A DNA stretch of 64,000 nt from Anthoceros angustus (taxonomy: Eukaryota; Plantae; Anthocerotophyta), in contig MU008160.1 of the NCBI GenBank assembly GCA_010909165.1, positions 496,001-560,000 of the forward strand. Reading direction: 5' to 3'. This document shows, one piece after another, positions 38,031 to 52,441 of this stretch. How positions within the stretch are numbered: the first letter of the stretch is position 1; each line of letters opens with the position of its first letter. The position numbers were made by a program, and so were the translations under genes. A model generated the notes under the pieces. That model had not been told where the DNA came from. It made no database searches and saw only the letters and a list, made by a program, of their open reading frames with translations.

Positions 38031-39449
38031 GCATCATTCACGGCTCCCTCGGGAATCGAGGGGTCAAACCTGGTCCCTAAAATGGGCCTCATCTTCAATT
38101 TCTTCCATGCCCATAGCAAAATCATCCTCGGGATCAGCAGACCTCATTCTCTCAAACATATCAATACACTCACAGTGGGGATAACTTGAGTTCGAGGGAG
38201 CGACCGGAATGGAAAACTCACCAGTGAAAGGAATTGAGAGACTTATCTTCTTGCAGGGGAGCCACACGCCATTTCGAGGAGGCATGCTTTCCGCGCAAGG
38301 ACCATGGAATCGTGTGTCGGATGGACATTCTCACCAACAAACTTAACCCCTCTCGAAGCAGGACAATAGTTAGTAATCTCGACAAGGGACCCTCCACCAA
38401 GGGCAGTCGGTGTCAACCCTTCTTCTCTTAGCAAATTGACCGGGCATCCTCCTTGGATGAAAAGTGCCTTGGCGGTTTGGGAATGGACTTTTCGGCACCA
38501 AATATGTCCCACTATGCACAAGGACCGTCAACTTTACCATCATCCTGCGGAGGGTGGGTTGCGGTGTGAGCGATGGCTGTTTTAACACGTTGTCGAGTGT
38601 ACGGCTTGGACATGACTTGAGACAAAGGTGCACCTTCTTGCCGGTCCAGCGAGGCCCGAGGTTTTCTTTTAGAGCCATCGCAACAGAAGTCATCGCAACG
38701 TTGAGATGTACAAACAACATAACGGATAACAAGCGAAAAGAAAGAACTCACATGCCTTGAACCGTCCGGATGAGAACTGCTGGAAGGTCTAAAAGTTGAT
38801 TATCGACGGTCTAGACAAGAGAGGATATGGGGGCAAAACACAACAGGGCTAGACATTGTTAGAGTTGTTATTCCCTTCCACTTTACATGACACATAGAAC
38901 ACAAAATACACCACATATGGGAAAAATAAAGTGAAAACCCTTTTTCAAGTACAACAAGAGTTAGATAAACAACCATAGATGTACAACATATACATGAGAC
39001 CATGCAGCAACAATCAACTTAGAAGCTCGGGATACTTGAGGAGTTAAGGGCTGATGAGCTTCAAGAATAGCTATCTTCATTCCTTGTTTCTAGTGTACAT
39101 ATAGGTCTGGCCTCATTCCATGCAGAGCTGTGAAGTAACCAAAGATCGGAGTTCTTATTTCGGCCAGATTTACCCTCACGATTCTAATTTCACAGGTGTT
39201 ACCCATATTAATGTCGACTATTTTCTAATTACTTTTGGACTTGTTAAAGGGGTTAGTTTGGAGTTTTTTACCGTTTCTACACATTAGTAAGTGCCTTGCT
39301 ATTACTCACGATTAAAAGTGGCGTGCTCACATGTGTCCGGAGTCCGGGTTGGGTTGCTACTTTGCACCATAGCGGAGACGAAGTTGTGGCCGGCGTTTTC
39401 ACTGCTCTGCTTGAGGTGAGGCTGTTTGTGACATTCTCCCCACTAGGCA

Positions 39450-42400
39450 TGGTTTGCAGTCCTCCCACGACCATCAAGGTGGGCCCAGGGCCGAAATCCT
39501 GCGACACCAGTGTGTTCCCGGAGGATCTGTTCGTCAGGATTACATGCCCGGCGCCCGTAGCCGACCACGGACAATGCTGTGATGGTCGATGGCGGGCTGG
39601 CGTTAAGCGTGACAGATGATCCGATCGAGGTTCTGGATGGAGGTCTCCTGCTTTCCTTTCGGTTGTTGGTGCTCTTTGGTTGGGGAGGGAGGGTCGAGAG
39701 TTGTCGATGCGTTCTTAGAGCTAACATCTGCGTTGTCCGTGTAACATTTTCGGGTTTCTTAATTTGCGATGGGCGCACGGAAATTTGTTCGCGACCTTTG
39801 GGCCCAATTGCATTGTAGTCTGTGCACCAAGTCACGGTGGTCGTGTAAGCAGGCCGACATGGAGACATGGAATGTCTTACATATGCGCTTGATGTCTGGG
39901 GAGCTCGGTGGGCATACCGGAGTTCACTGCTGTGATCCAGGAATGGTCGAAGCAAATCGGTAGCTAAGTTTGTGCCTGTTGAACCGGGAGGGAGTATCGA
40001 TCACGGTTTCATCGAGCCACACCATCTGCAGGCACAGTAGCTCACATGTCGTGATTGGTTGACCTGTTATGTCGATTACGAGTGCCGTGAGCTTGCTTGA
40101 TGCTTCTTTGGTTCGTGGAACACGTCTTGACCCGGCTCATTGCGCTCCATCTGTCTTGTGGGGCCATAGGCCCAGGCGGAGGGGCCGCCATAAAGGAGCT
40201 TGAAGGAGCTACCCTGGCCACATGGTGAAGGAAGAATTGTAGGCGTATTCAAGAGGTAACATGGTTTCCCACTTGCCCTTGCTTGTCGTGAGTGAAGTGC
40301 ATAACATATCTTCAAGCACGATTGTGCTTTTAAATACACGTCCAGGCTCCGGGTGACATGAGGAGGAGATCTTTGTTGGATTCAGCGTCTGTGAAGGTCT
40401 TCGAGCTGAGGTAAACTTAGTATCTGCAGCCGGACACTATCTTGTCAGGAGCTCCATGAAATCACGAAAATTTCTCGGATGAAGAATTGAAAGCTAGTTT
40501 TCTTCTAACATTGGTGTGGTAGGGATCAAGTGGCAAGTTTTGGACGGGTCCATGACCACCAGATCTTGTCATACCGGTCCGTCTGAGGCGGATGTGTGAT
40601 AAAGTCCATGGAGATGGTGGAATGCCGATTGGGGATCTGCAGAGGAAATGTGAGACGGGCACATTTAGATTCTCGGTCTTAGCTTCTGGCAAGAGTGCGA
40701 GCGCACCCAATTAATAGTCGGCCATGACCACATCCGATAAAATGCTCCTTTACTCTAGCATATGTCTTATCGACTCCAAGATGGCCGAGATAGGGGATCG
40801 TGGAGATCATGAAGAATGGACCTCTTCACATACGCTAGTTGTTCGTATAACGAGTCGACCTTTTCTATACAAGCACGCATCTTTCAATGTGTATTCTTTG
40901 AGTGGGGTAGGTGTATCGACATCGCATATCCGTTAACACACGATAAATTGTCCATAATGTTGGGTCTCGAGGAAGAGCCTCTCACCAAGTCGATGGTGTT
41001 GAGCTGGGTTGTCATGAGGGTGCAGCCCGCTCGTGGCATCGGCCACCACATTAGTGGTCCCTGACATATCCGATTTCAAATTGAAGTTCCGCCAACATTC
41101 ACCAACGGCTTAGCGCTCAAAGTTGAAAAGTCGAATGAATGATGGTGTGGCATGTGAACTGACCAAGGTGTAATGTCGCCAAGTTCTCAAGGCACTATGG
41201 CCAACATCTCTTTGTCATGTACGAGTTCAACCGGGCACCCCGCAGCCTGTGACTCATAGGCAATGACCTTGCCTCCCGGGAGAGTCGCCCATGGCGAAGT
41301 CCAAGCATCGGTGTGTATACGTAACTTTGGATTGGCCACAGTGTGTGCCGTACTTAGAGCCTCCTTGAGGGCCTCGAAAAGCTCGTCAGAGGTCCTACGT
41401 GCTCTTTGTCGCACATGGAGCGCGTCTCACAATGGGACAAAGAATCTTGTCAGAATCCTCGATAAACCTCCGAGAAGCGACATGCCCGTGAACCCACGCA
41501 ATGCAGGATATCCCGCGCCCACTCCGATATCGCTTTGATTTTTCCGGTGTCCACCTTGATACCATACCGATCGATGGCCTGTATTCACATTCCTCCTTCA
41601 TAAATACACATTTGCTGCGTTTTTGGAGCTTGTTTCATGAGATCAAACACCTTCCTAACCAACTCACAATGGCCGCAGGATCGACGTATTAGGATGTCGC
41701 CGAGGAAAACCGACGCCACTACCAAGGAGGGGGCGACGCAGATCGCATAATCGAAAGGTGGCTGGTGCATTTGTGAGGCCGAAGGGCATCACGATGAACT
41801 CAAGTGCCCATGTCTCGCCCTCAACGCAGCTTTTATATTCATCCCTTCTCTGAATCGATGGAAGCCGGAGCGCAGATCCACCTTGGTAAAATATCCGCCC
41901 CATGCACCGGTCTAATATTTCGCCTATGCGGGTATCCGTACACGCTTTAATAGGGGCTCTTAAACCCCGTAGTCGATATAGACGCCACCTCCATCCGGTT
42001 TTCCCACCAACAACACCGGAGCATCAAGGGGAGACCAAGGCCTGATGAACCCTTGTCAGAAGAATTGGCCAACCCGACGCTTGATCTCCTCACTTTCGAT
42101 GCAGGCCCTGAAGGTGGTATGCTCACCGGCCATGACCGTGTACTAATTCGATGCCGTGGTCGATAGCTCTGGTGGCACCCCTGTGGTTGCAAAACGTCCT
42201 CATACTCCGCCAACAGTCCTTCATCTCCGGTAAGGCCCTCTCGGCTTGAGCAGCGACGTACTGCTCTTCTAAAGGGAGAACCTTTTGAGACGTACATATA
42301 CGTGAACTTGCCAAGGAGCTTTAAGAGAGCCGCAAACAAGTGTTTGTCGGGACGATTTGTCCCTTTCATCACGTGTCTTGGTTGAGGTTCGCCTAACTAC

Positions 42401-42700
42401 ATTACTTGACCACTATCTCCAACCCATTGGAGTGTTTGGCTAGCCAAGGTTTGCCAATGATCATGTCATGGCATGTGGTTGGCATCACTCGTGAACTGTG
42501 ACCTGTAACCACCGGGAAGGCAACTTCGCAGATGTACATTGCTCCTGCCGTGTCTCGCCCATCCGTGGTCATACACAAGTGTGTCCTGTCCCGTATGACT
42601 AACCCTCGCCGCAATTTAATGAGACATAGTGGTGACTAGCACCGAGTCTAGCAAACTAGTGGCTTTCTCCATTCACCTCCTCACTAACAACTTGATTGGC
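39450..42700 (-). pseudogene. Gypsy pol remnant (protease, RT, RNase H, integrase, possible chromodomain)
   Basis: LLDS-GASH protease site at ~42635-42655; RT LEFIVMPFGLTNAPATF (~41755-41805) and VFLGDILI; RNase H IHTDA...VIAYES...HDKEMLAIV; integrase IPPSPW. Confidence 0.85.
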
Positions 42701-43744
42701 ACATGATCCAGTTACATGCCCCTGTGCTTGTTACAGCCATGGCACACCTCGAGACACCGCCAAAGGGAGCGCTATGCTCAACTACCCTTCTATGGTGACC
42801 GAAAGTGACCACTTGACATTGAAGTCCGTCCAGAGGTAACTAGTAGACCTTACCAGAAAAGGGCAATCTTATAAATTATGTAATGATGTTGCAATTTTTG
42901 TTACACTTCCACATTGCAACATGTTTTGGAGGCTTGGTATTAAGTTTGTTAGTTCTCCCTTGGTGCGCCATCTTAACACGAACCCGCACTCTCTTCCCAC
43001 CTCACCCTTCCGGTACACCCTCTCACAAGCATTATTAATAATTTCCCACCGCCTTGTTTACCGTGTTGCAATTTTATGTAACACTTCCAACTTGCAACAT
43101 GTTTTGATGGCTTGGTGTTAAGTTGGTCCATTTTTCTCTTCCTTCTCCCACCATCCTAACACAATGCTTGGTCTCTCACTTCATGTACCACTTCAAAATT
43201 GCAACACTTTATGGTGGCTTGGTGTTCTGGTGTCAATTTCTTATCCACCTTCTCACCCCATCTTAACACAATGCTTGGTCTCTCTCCTCTCACCTCACCC
43301 TGCTAGTTATTGCCCCTTATCACACCCTTTTATACTCTTTCACTTCTCCTCCTCCATCATGATGTGAGAAGGACCTCCCTATCACAACCATTTTATACTC
43401 TTCCTCTTCCTCTTGCAACATGATTGTAACAAGGACCTCTCTCCCGGGGCTGTCCTTCCCTTCCTATTTTACCTCCTTTGTATATACCTTTGTATACATA
43501 TATATGTATATAGGCTTCAAGACATAAGTATGTAAGTATGTGTACATATATATGTACACATCCATCTGTTATACTTATATTATATTAGTGTATTTATATG
43601 CCTTTGTATACGTATATACGTATGTATATATAGGCGTCAAGACTTGTTTATATAGTAATATGTATGTGCTAACCCTTACGTCACTCATACCTTGCATATA
43701 TAAGTGTTTGATTTTATTGACAAATTAATTGGAATTTTTGGAGT

Positions 43745-45440
43745 TCAAGCGTCCTCTATCCTTTCAAAGATCGTGGCTTTGTTGCCACCGATGCAATTGG
43801 CTTTATCTACAAACATGTACGCCTTCCAAGTGATATGGCCATGTGCCTTGCACGCCACTTGGTGACTCTTACCAACACCATTGTTTTCGTGGTTCCTCCA
43901 CAACTTCCTAGACCTATCCGCCTCAATCACCACTTTCACGGCGAAGGACCCTGTAAATGCTAGGCTATAAAGGTGGGAATACCAATTCCATCTGCTTTGT
44001 TGGATTGACCATCACCGGTCCACCACGCATCGACTCCATCGCAAGAAAATGGCTCAACATTCACATTCCCTCCACAAACGGCCCACCCACGGTTGTTTTC
44101 CATTGCATTCGCATGCGCCCCGCATTCTCTCATCCATCCAGTTCCCCACCATCTCTCAGTGCTCCGCTCCCACATCCAGTTCCCCACCATCTCTCAGCCT
44201 CCGCCCCACATCCGTGTTCCCCACCATCTACGTTGCCTCCAAGATCACCACTTGGACGCCTGCTTGCCACCTTTCCTCCATCTTCCTTCTCTCCACTAGT
44301 ATCATGCCTTCCTTCCGACATGGCCTTCACCTTCCACCGCTTTCCTTCCCTTCTTCCCTGAGTCATGCACACACATCACTTAGAGCTCACGCCCCTATAT
44401 CACCACGTCGCACCAACCACCAACTCCTCATTCTCCACCCAACCTCCATCGCATAACCGGCTCACAGCCATGTACACTCCACCACGCCCATGCACGCACA
44501 CGGCAATGACGCTGCTAGTGGCTTACCGCCAAGCTCCATCAATTCTCCAATTTCGTGTAGTGGCAAGTCGGTATGTGTCTCCACCTCATCATCCGCCATC
44601 TCCACATCCGCCTCGCTGCTTTCCCCATCATTGCCGCCACCGTGTCCTTCTCCTCACCGTCCTCCCGACCATCATATGCACGCGTTCCTTGGCCCGCCTC
44701 CGCAACCGCCTCCTCCGAGACCTCCACTCCTGTGGCAGCTCCTCCACAGCATCCTCCTCCCACGTTGTTGGGGGTTATCCATCGCCACCGAACAGAAGGT
44801 CCACAAGACCAATGGCCTCTCTCTCGCCAGCCACACGGTCGGCCTCTTGGGCAGCACCACCATGCTCCTCCCGATCACCACAGTCCTCTTTCTCCGGACT
44901 CACGCCAAATTCCTCCTCCCCTCCTGATGTCACGGCCCTGGCAGATTCCTCCTCTGAAAGTTTTGGATTCTCTCCTGCAGCAAACAGCTCCAGCGTTAGC
45001 TCCCCACCTATTAGAGACACCCACTTTTGCCGCTTTCTCGATCGCCCTCCTCTTTAGACTCCACCTGAGTTGCTCCCTCCAGACCCGACACCTCTCTCGC
45101 CGCCTCCTCCCACGTTGTTGGGGTTATCCATCGCCAGCAGGTCCACAAGACCAATGGCCTCTCTCTCGCCACCAGTCGGCCTCTTGGGCACACCATGCTC
45201 CTCCCGATCACCACAGTCCTCTTTCTGACTCACGCCAAATTCCTCCTCCCTCCGATGTCACGGCCCCGATTCCTCCTCAAAGTTTTGGATTCTCTCCTGC
45301 AGCAAGCGGCTCCAGTTAGCTCCCACCTATTAGAGACACCCACTCCCACGGCCGCTTTCTCTCGGATCGTCCTCCTCTTTGGCGTGAGACTCCAGTTGCT
45401 CCCTCCGGCCCCGACACCTCTCTCGCCGCCTCCGCCCACA
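43745..45440 (-). pseudogene. Possible second (TnpA-like) EnSpm gene remnant with acidic low-complexity region and ~350-bp duplication
   Basis: Lies downstream of the transposase on the same strand. Fragments include ...ENNRGWAVCGGNV... and ...HITWKAYMFVDKANCIGG...*. Duplication 44713-45080 vs 45083-45440. Confidence 0.3.
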
Positions 45441-48400
45441 CGATGATCATCCACCCTCCACTTGTTGAATCCGCATTCTCCAGCGTGCCCACCTCACTTG
45501 CGCTAGGACCATCCTTGCTTCCATCCAAGAAGGGGACTACGTGGCATGCCATGCCACTGGCTCCTTGCCTTGCCATGCCACCTTCCTCAGCTACTGTTTG
45601 TGCACGGTGCACAAACACGAAACCTTCCTTGTCCACGATGCCATTCCTCCATGCATGCCATATATAGTCCCCGCTTTTATGACCATTTCGTGACCCAAGG
45701 ACAAGTGTTTGCAATGCGATTTCGAGTGGCCGATGACCAAGGAAGTGCCATGCCATGACAAGGTCATGGCCATCTTACAACCGCCATGAACCAAGGACAA
45801 TGGTTCCCTTTCTCTCAAATAAAATTCTCCCTCCACCATGGTCCAAGGAAGGTGGGTGCAAGCCATTAGAATAATTGAAAACTCATGGCATGGAAGAAAA
45901 CATGCCACGTAAGGTCGTTTGAACCCAGACACTGCTCCATTTTTAATAATCTATATCAACATCTACACCATTGTGCAAGGACGGTGGGTGGCACGTGAGA
46001 GCCATTCAAGCAAACTAAATGCCCCTTTCATTATGCCATGAATGAAGGACCGTCATGTGAATTTGCCATATATATGCCAATTCCGTTCTCCTAGATAATG
46101 ATGTCCATCGTCGAGACTCCCATTCGCTCTCCACGCGCATCACATGGCGTAACGATAATGTATTCACGCCATGGCACCATGCTAGGGTGACGGCTCGACG
46201 TCACTATGGCGCCGCACCGCCGCAAAGGATTTCCAGCCCTTAGGAGACATGAAAACAAACTTCGATTCTCCTTTATGGCGCGCACCCACACTCATTGCAT
46301 TTACCAAAGAATCACATCATCGACGGCACCATCAAAGCTCGCCATGTTTGGTTTGTCACATGTAAGGAGTTGAAATTCAAGATCCTCTCATCCGCAACCC
46401 GATGTGGCCTGGGCACAAGAGGTGTAGAAGGTGGTGGTCCGCTTTAAATGTCACCACCTTGCCCCTCGCTTCACGCTACTACCTTTCTCTTGGTCATCCT
46501 CGCACCGGGCGAGCCTGCCTTCAGGAACATGCACCTGGGCGCCTCTTGCTACCTTATGCCATGTATGACGGACATGTTGACGTATGCGGAGCTAGCTTCC
46601 GTCGGAAACCTAAATGGGCGTGGAGTGGTAGTTCGCACCACGAGGCGTGTGTTCATGTCTCCATCTTCGTGCACAACTAGAAATCCGTTGATGGCCATCA
46701 AGGATCCTTTGCAAAGGTTGGAGGCGGTGTCACCGCCTCATGGCGTGAGCGTAGCTGTCTCATGGCTATCCTCGTGGGGACTTGCTGCTCGGTGGCGAGG
46801 TGGTTCCTTCCACATGGTGCGGGCATGGTGTTCGTGACCACACACGGTATGGCGGGGTTCATTGTGAGGCCCGGATGTGAACACTTTTTGGCCCTATTCG
46901 CCTACCTACAAGTCCATGCCTGCGGCTAAAGTGTTTGTGGAATCCATAAGTCAAAACCGCCGCCTTCCGACTGTGTCTCATTTGTGGATCATTGCAGAAG
47001 TGTGTGCACATTATTGTTGCCTGGTGGTGGAAACCGACGATGGCCATTAAGGACAAGGGCTGCAATTCCAATGACGATGGCCATCGAGGATGATGGATGG
47101 GAGGTTGCTCTCCCTCGTCGCCATCAAGGACTGGTATGGAGGGCCGTCTTGGCTCTTGCTGCCTCTCGGGGCACGCGTCGGTGAGCAGGGACGGTTTATA
47201 CCTCACAATGTGGGGACATATGCCACCGTAATTAAACATTGGGATGGGAAAGTCCTTCATCCTTGATCACTACTTGTACTTCCCATGTCACGCAATAAAA
47301 CTCGATTTGCCTTGTCTTGGAATGGATGGGTATGGTTTGGTGCCCGTCCATACCGCTGACCGACATGACAAGTCACCCTTTGCGCACGCCACTCGAGTCA
47401 CGCAGCTGAAAGTGGAATAAATCATGTATGGTGATTGGTTTGAGTGCTATAGTCTATTGTCTCCTCCTCCCGGATGCACAAGGCAATCTTTGGTCATGGA
47501 AGACGATGATTAATGGTAAAATGCGAATGGGCGATTGAGAGCGGTGCGCCATGTGGGCAATATAATACATCATGAGTAACGACAACAGAACCAATGGGAC
47601 ATGAAACTTGCTCCCAAGTGCAAGGTTGTGGTCGAAAATTGTTGATTATGGGCAAGTAGCATGTGCACACCGCGTCCGCCAAGAGGAGTAAATGACAACC
47701 ACCGGGCCTTTGCAAACAAAGCTTTTCAAAATAGCAGCCTTGAATTCGGCCACCGGGACTCATGGCCCGCACCTTTCACGAGAGGGAAGCCATTGCCTTC
47801 AAAGATGGCACGAAGGTGGTGGACAACCGTTCGCAGGATGGGGAGTATGGCGAGGTGAAGCTTGCTAGGGGAGTCACGTGAAGGCGCGCGCGAACACCAT
47901 AGTTGGACGGCGCCACGAGCACGTATCCGGGTGGGGAGGATGAGGGGCCAAATGGCCTCGGGCTATCTCGCTCATCCACCGCACCCGGGGCGGTCTCCAT
48001 TCGGACATCGGCGGCGATGTGAAGAAGCGGCCTCGTCAAGACGGCAGAGAGGCGAGGGCGACATGGCCGAGCCCACTTGATTTTGACGACTTTGAGACGT
48101 GGAACCTCCAGCCCGACGGATGCGGAGTTGGAGCACGCGCGGGAAGTGAAGGAAATAGATGAAGAGCTATTACATTGGATGAGGTGGGTTTCGCACTCGC
48201 ACGGCAAGTGACGCCGGCAAAGTGTGCACACGCTCAAGTTTGAGCGGATGAGTGGGCATGGTGGACAAACGGGTAACACATGTGCACTGCATGCCGGCGT
48301 TCAAGCTTGAGACAAGGGAGGCAACCTTCGAGGACGGGCGGTGGCGTGATTGCTAGAAGGGAAAGGGTGGAAATCGTGGGGCGATAGTGGGGGTTCTGTG

Positions 48401-49988
48401 CCCCGAGTTCCTTCAGGTAAGATAGGGAGTGTATGAAAAGATCCTAGAGGTTCGTGCTATTGCAAGGAGAACAAGGAAATGACCATTTTGCTTAACGACA
48501 TTGAATTGAAGATGGATCCGATATGGTGGCCTTTCCGAGACGACGGAAGGAAGGGGTGGGAGGCAACGATGGTGCACGAGGTGGTGACATGGACGAGAGG
48601 CTATCAAGGAATGCAGATGGCGAAGGGGCTTGGGAGGAAGGAGGCCGAGGGGCGAGGGACAACGGACTTTGAATGGGGGAAAGACGATGAACAAGGAGCG
48701 GAAGTGGAGACGGTGGAGGCCTTGAGGAAGCATGTGAGGGAGGCAGCGGAGGGGAACCGAGTATGGATATATGGTGCCCGCGACACCACGATTGCCTAGG
48801 ATGGTGGAAGCCGATGCCCGGATTGGGGTCAATGGAGGCACGGCAACGAGGGTCAGGTCAAGCAAGTGGAAAAGAGGTGGAGGTGCCCGAGACCGCCAGT
48901 GACGGCCATGTATGGAGAGGGAGGCTGCTGGGATCGATGGAGTGATCACGCCGATGGAGGCAGGAACAAGGTGTGTGTGGAGGGCGAGTCGAGGGGGAGA
49001 GAGAGAGGGAGGGGGCAAGCAGGCCACCGATGGAGGCCGTGGGGACAGACGGGGGGACAGAACATGGACGCAGCAGAGGCAGGCAAGAGGACGATGTGCC
49101 TAATTTTGTGCTGATACATACCTTGTGCCTGGATGAGAGCATGGACTGTGATAGTGGAGCCCCAGCTTGAGGCAATGCCACTGTGATAAAGGGTGGAGGC
49201 CAAAGAGGAAAACGGGAGGAGGAGTAGAGGAGGCAGGTGGGCAAGTGACAAGGGCACGGGCATACCAAAGAAGGAGGACTAAGAGGAAAATGTCCAAAGA
49301 AGAAGGGAAGAAAAGAGGAGGGACTGAGGGAAGGTAAGGCAAATGGATGGCTGGAAACCCATTAACGCCGGATAACTCATAACACGATAATTTTTGAAGG
49401 GGGATATATCAATTTCTTCGCCGAGACAAGACCCCTTGTCACGAAGAACACCTTCCTAGAATAAAAGATATGTGCCCTACTTTGATAATGCACACACCCT
49501 TTCTCGAGGTCATATCTTTGATAAAAGATGCACTTTCAAGTCTACACCCGAGAACCGGAGCATGAGGGTGTGGGCCCGCTTATGCTTTAGTAGAATGCAT
49601 AGAGGGCTGCCATTTTCATATGTTTATTACAAAAAACTTTTACTTTCAAGTGGTGGAACACAATGAAAACAATCAGTACTAGCGGAGTCTCATTTAAGTG
49701 GTCGTGAGAACATTGCAACAAACAATGCTAAGGAGGAAGTGGTCATCGGCATCGACAATAGCCATTCAAGAGTGCGGCTGGCGACTCATCCATGCCTTGG
49801 CGGAGTCAAGTACCACGCCATATTAGGAGGCGGTCCATATCCTCCGCCTCGAAGTTGTCGTTCTCCTCCATTGCTTGCTCGTCTTCAATAGTATCATTCT
49901 TGGGCCAGTCCGGTGTCGGCGCCACCTGACATCTAGGGTCTGTGACCCTCATCCAAAAGGTCGCCCGGTCGTGGTCTTCAACCGGCAC
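45440..49988 (-). pseudogene. EnSpm TnpD-like transposase (Transposase_21, DUF4218-like and DUF4216-like segments), frameshifted
   Basis: SAKKLIYPL..Y...VNG (~49420); QEPRR..VLDGD...P...WPSSL (~47157-47080); GAIVTSSRHPSMV..EYII (~46200); IVDKEGFVFV...GWMIIV (~45640-45440). Order matches plant CACTA transposases. Confidence 0.65.
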
Positions 49989-50211
49989 TCAATGCAACCA
50001 CTTGGGCTTTAAAAGGCAACGCGTCCTTAAAATGAACAAGTTAGTTGCCCATGCGCCCATGCAAGCATCCTTAAAATCAACAAAATTGAACTGAGGAGGC
50101 ACGAGGTTTGAACACGAAACCTATTCGTTACTACACTTATTTCCCAAACACTAGACCAACAGTCCATGGTTGAGATACTCTTGAGGCGCTAAATATTTAT
50201 TTTTAAGACAG

Positions 50212-50550
50212 CCTAGGAGGAGGCGCCCATGGCAGGCATGCGTGTGCTGGGGAGGCGCCGGCCAGCCGGCACCATGGGGCATGGGCGTGTTGGCGTGGCC
50301 CCCAGCAGTGTGCTAGGGGCGGCCGGCGCCCCGGGGTGTGCTAGGAGGCGCCGGCCGCGCCATAGGCGGTGTGCTAGGGAGGCGCCGGCCGGCCATGCCC
50401 ATGGGCGGGGCGTGTTGGCGCGGGCCGGCCCCGCCATAAGGTGTGCTAGGGAGGCGCCGGCGGCGCCCATGGGCGGGTGCTAGGGAGGCGCGGCGGCCGG
50501 CGCCATGAGCGAGGCATCTTTGGGGAGGCGCCGGTCGGCCGGCGCCTCCT
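50212..50550. repeat. GC-rich minisatellite inside the EnSpm element
   Basis: Repeated gtgtgctagggaggcgccggcc(g)gcgcc(c)atggg units. Confidence 0.8.
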
Positions 50551-52441
50551 GCCCATCCTCATGCATCTGGGTGAAGCTAGGGGGACAAGAAGGGCAGCGG
50601 GGTATCCTATCACCGATGGAAGGTGTGGCCCATTTGCGGGAAGGGTTAAAAGATTTGCATCCATAGGTGGTTGAAGAGTATAAGTGGTGGGAAGCCTTTG
50701 GACGGAAGGAGATTGCTATCGTTGTGGAGAATAACATTGGGCTAGTGCTACAGGTCCTTGGAAGTGGTTTTCACGTGCGAGAAGTGGATCATCTGACTGA
50801 CCACTTCAAGTGCGGATGAAGCTTTGCTAGATGAGGCATTATTGAGGACCTCCACGGCGTGATATGTATTTGGGGCATATCAAAATGCGGGAAGGCAAGC
50901 TGCGGAAATGGCGGATGAATGGGGACATACAATCCGAGAGGATGTTTACGGCGTCTTGGTGCACGGACATGCAGGCCATTACGGATTGGGGAGGTCATTG
51001 CGTGAAGCTAAGCGCACCACGACCTCACTTTCTTATCCACTAGTATCGGACCGAGCACATAGATGCGTATGAAGGAGATATGTGCGAGGAACACATGGTG
51101 GACCCATACGGTCCAATCTTAGGAAAAAGGGAATAAGATCCATTACCTAAAAACATACGGAGGTATTTGTAGATGAAACGGTCATCTGTATTATGGGTTT
51201 GTGTTGAGCGGCATCATCTGTGTCACGGTGGACAAAAAGCGATAAGGGATAAGCTCTGCGAGTTGCGTGGCTTCATACAACTGCGGTGAAAGTGTCGCTG
51301 AAGATAGTGATGACAATGGAGGAGGTGGACCAAGTGATGGCGATGGATTGAACTACGGGGATGAGTGGCGAAATCTCGTTTTCGGGGTCCCGAGTTAATG
51401 TTGTAAGTCCGTTCTTGATGTTTTACGTAGGAAATACTGTGTAGCTTTTGTGGTGTCATAACAAAACCACATTTCCATCAAAGCGAGTTCTGATCGTCCC
51501 TGCGAGCGGCCTTCCTCACCGTTCCTACTTTGCATCATTCCCTAGGTTCGAGTTTCGACCACCATTCGACACAAACATTCTTTGGATGGAAGTAGTAACT
51601 TGGTGACACCACTTTTTGAGTTGTTTTCGCAATGCCTTCAAAATCTTTTAGGGCCCATCAAGAAACCCCCTTTGAGATTATTTTGGAAAACCCCCTTAGA
51701 TTATTATTCACCCCTTCAAAATTATCGTGTTTCATGGCCGCCATGCTGGTTTGTATGTGTAATGTGTAGCCTGCTGATGAAAGCGGAGGAAGCGGAATGG
51801 CAAAACTGCCTCAACAAACGCAAGTGGGAGGGAAAAGAAAATTGTAATTGAAGCGGGAGGGCGAAGTTTCGTAGGTGCATACGATGTAGCATGGCCGGGA
51901 AGTGCTTACTATGGAGGCGGAAAAGCATAAGCACGCGATACCAAATCTCCTCCGTGACAAAGACAATCTTGTAGGGGCATAACCTCACGGTGATACGTCA
52001 CATAAGGTGATAGGTGGGGACATATCTTCTTAATATGCATGGCGGGAAGCCGGCTAGCTAGTTGGCGATGGGAAGGACAAACCATAGCCAAAGATGCTAT
52101 AAAGTAGGGGTATAAAGGGTCCGTCATTGTATTTACACATATAGTAAATACAAAATATCGTATACCATAATATGTATACGGACGATTATGTATAATACAC
52201 ATAATATACAAACTTATTTTATATGAAATTGAATACCAGAGCACTTAGAATAATACATTACATTTATCATCAGACTACATGCATAGTACAAGGATGTATT
52301 GATACAAGTATTTGTATATGGTCAGATGATTTAAATTGGTAACTACCAAGTAAAATGTGGTATTTCAAAGGGCAAAAGTAAAAAGGGCAATGGTGATGGG
52401 GAGGAGGTTCTGCACTCAAGCTCCAAAAGTGCCAAGACCTC

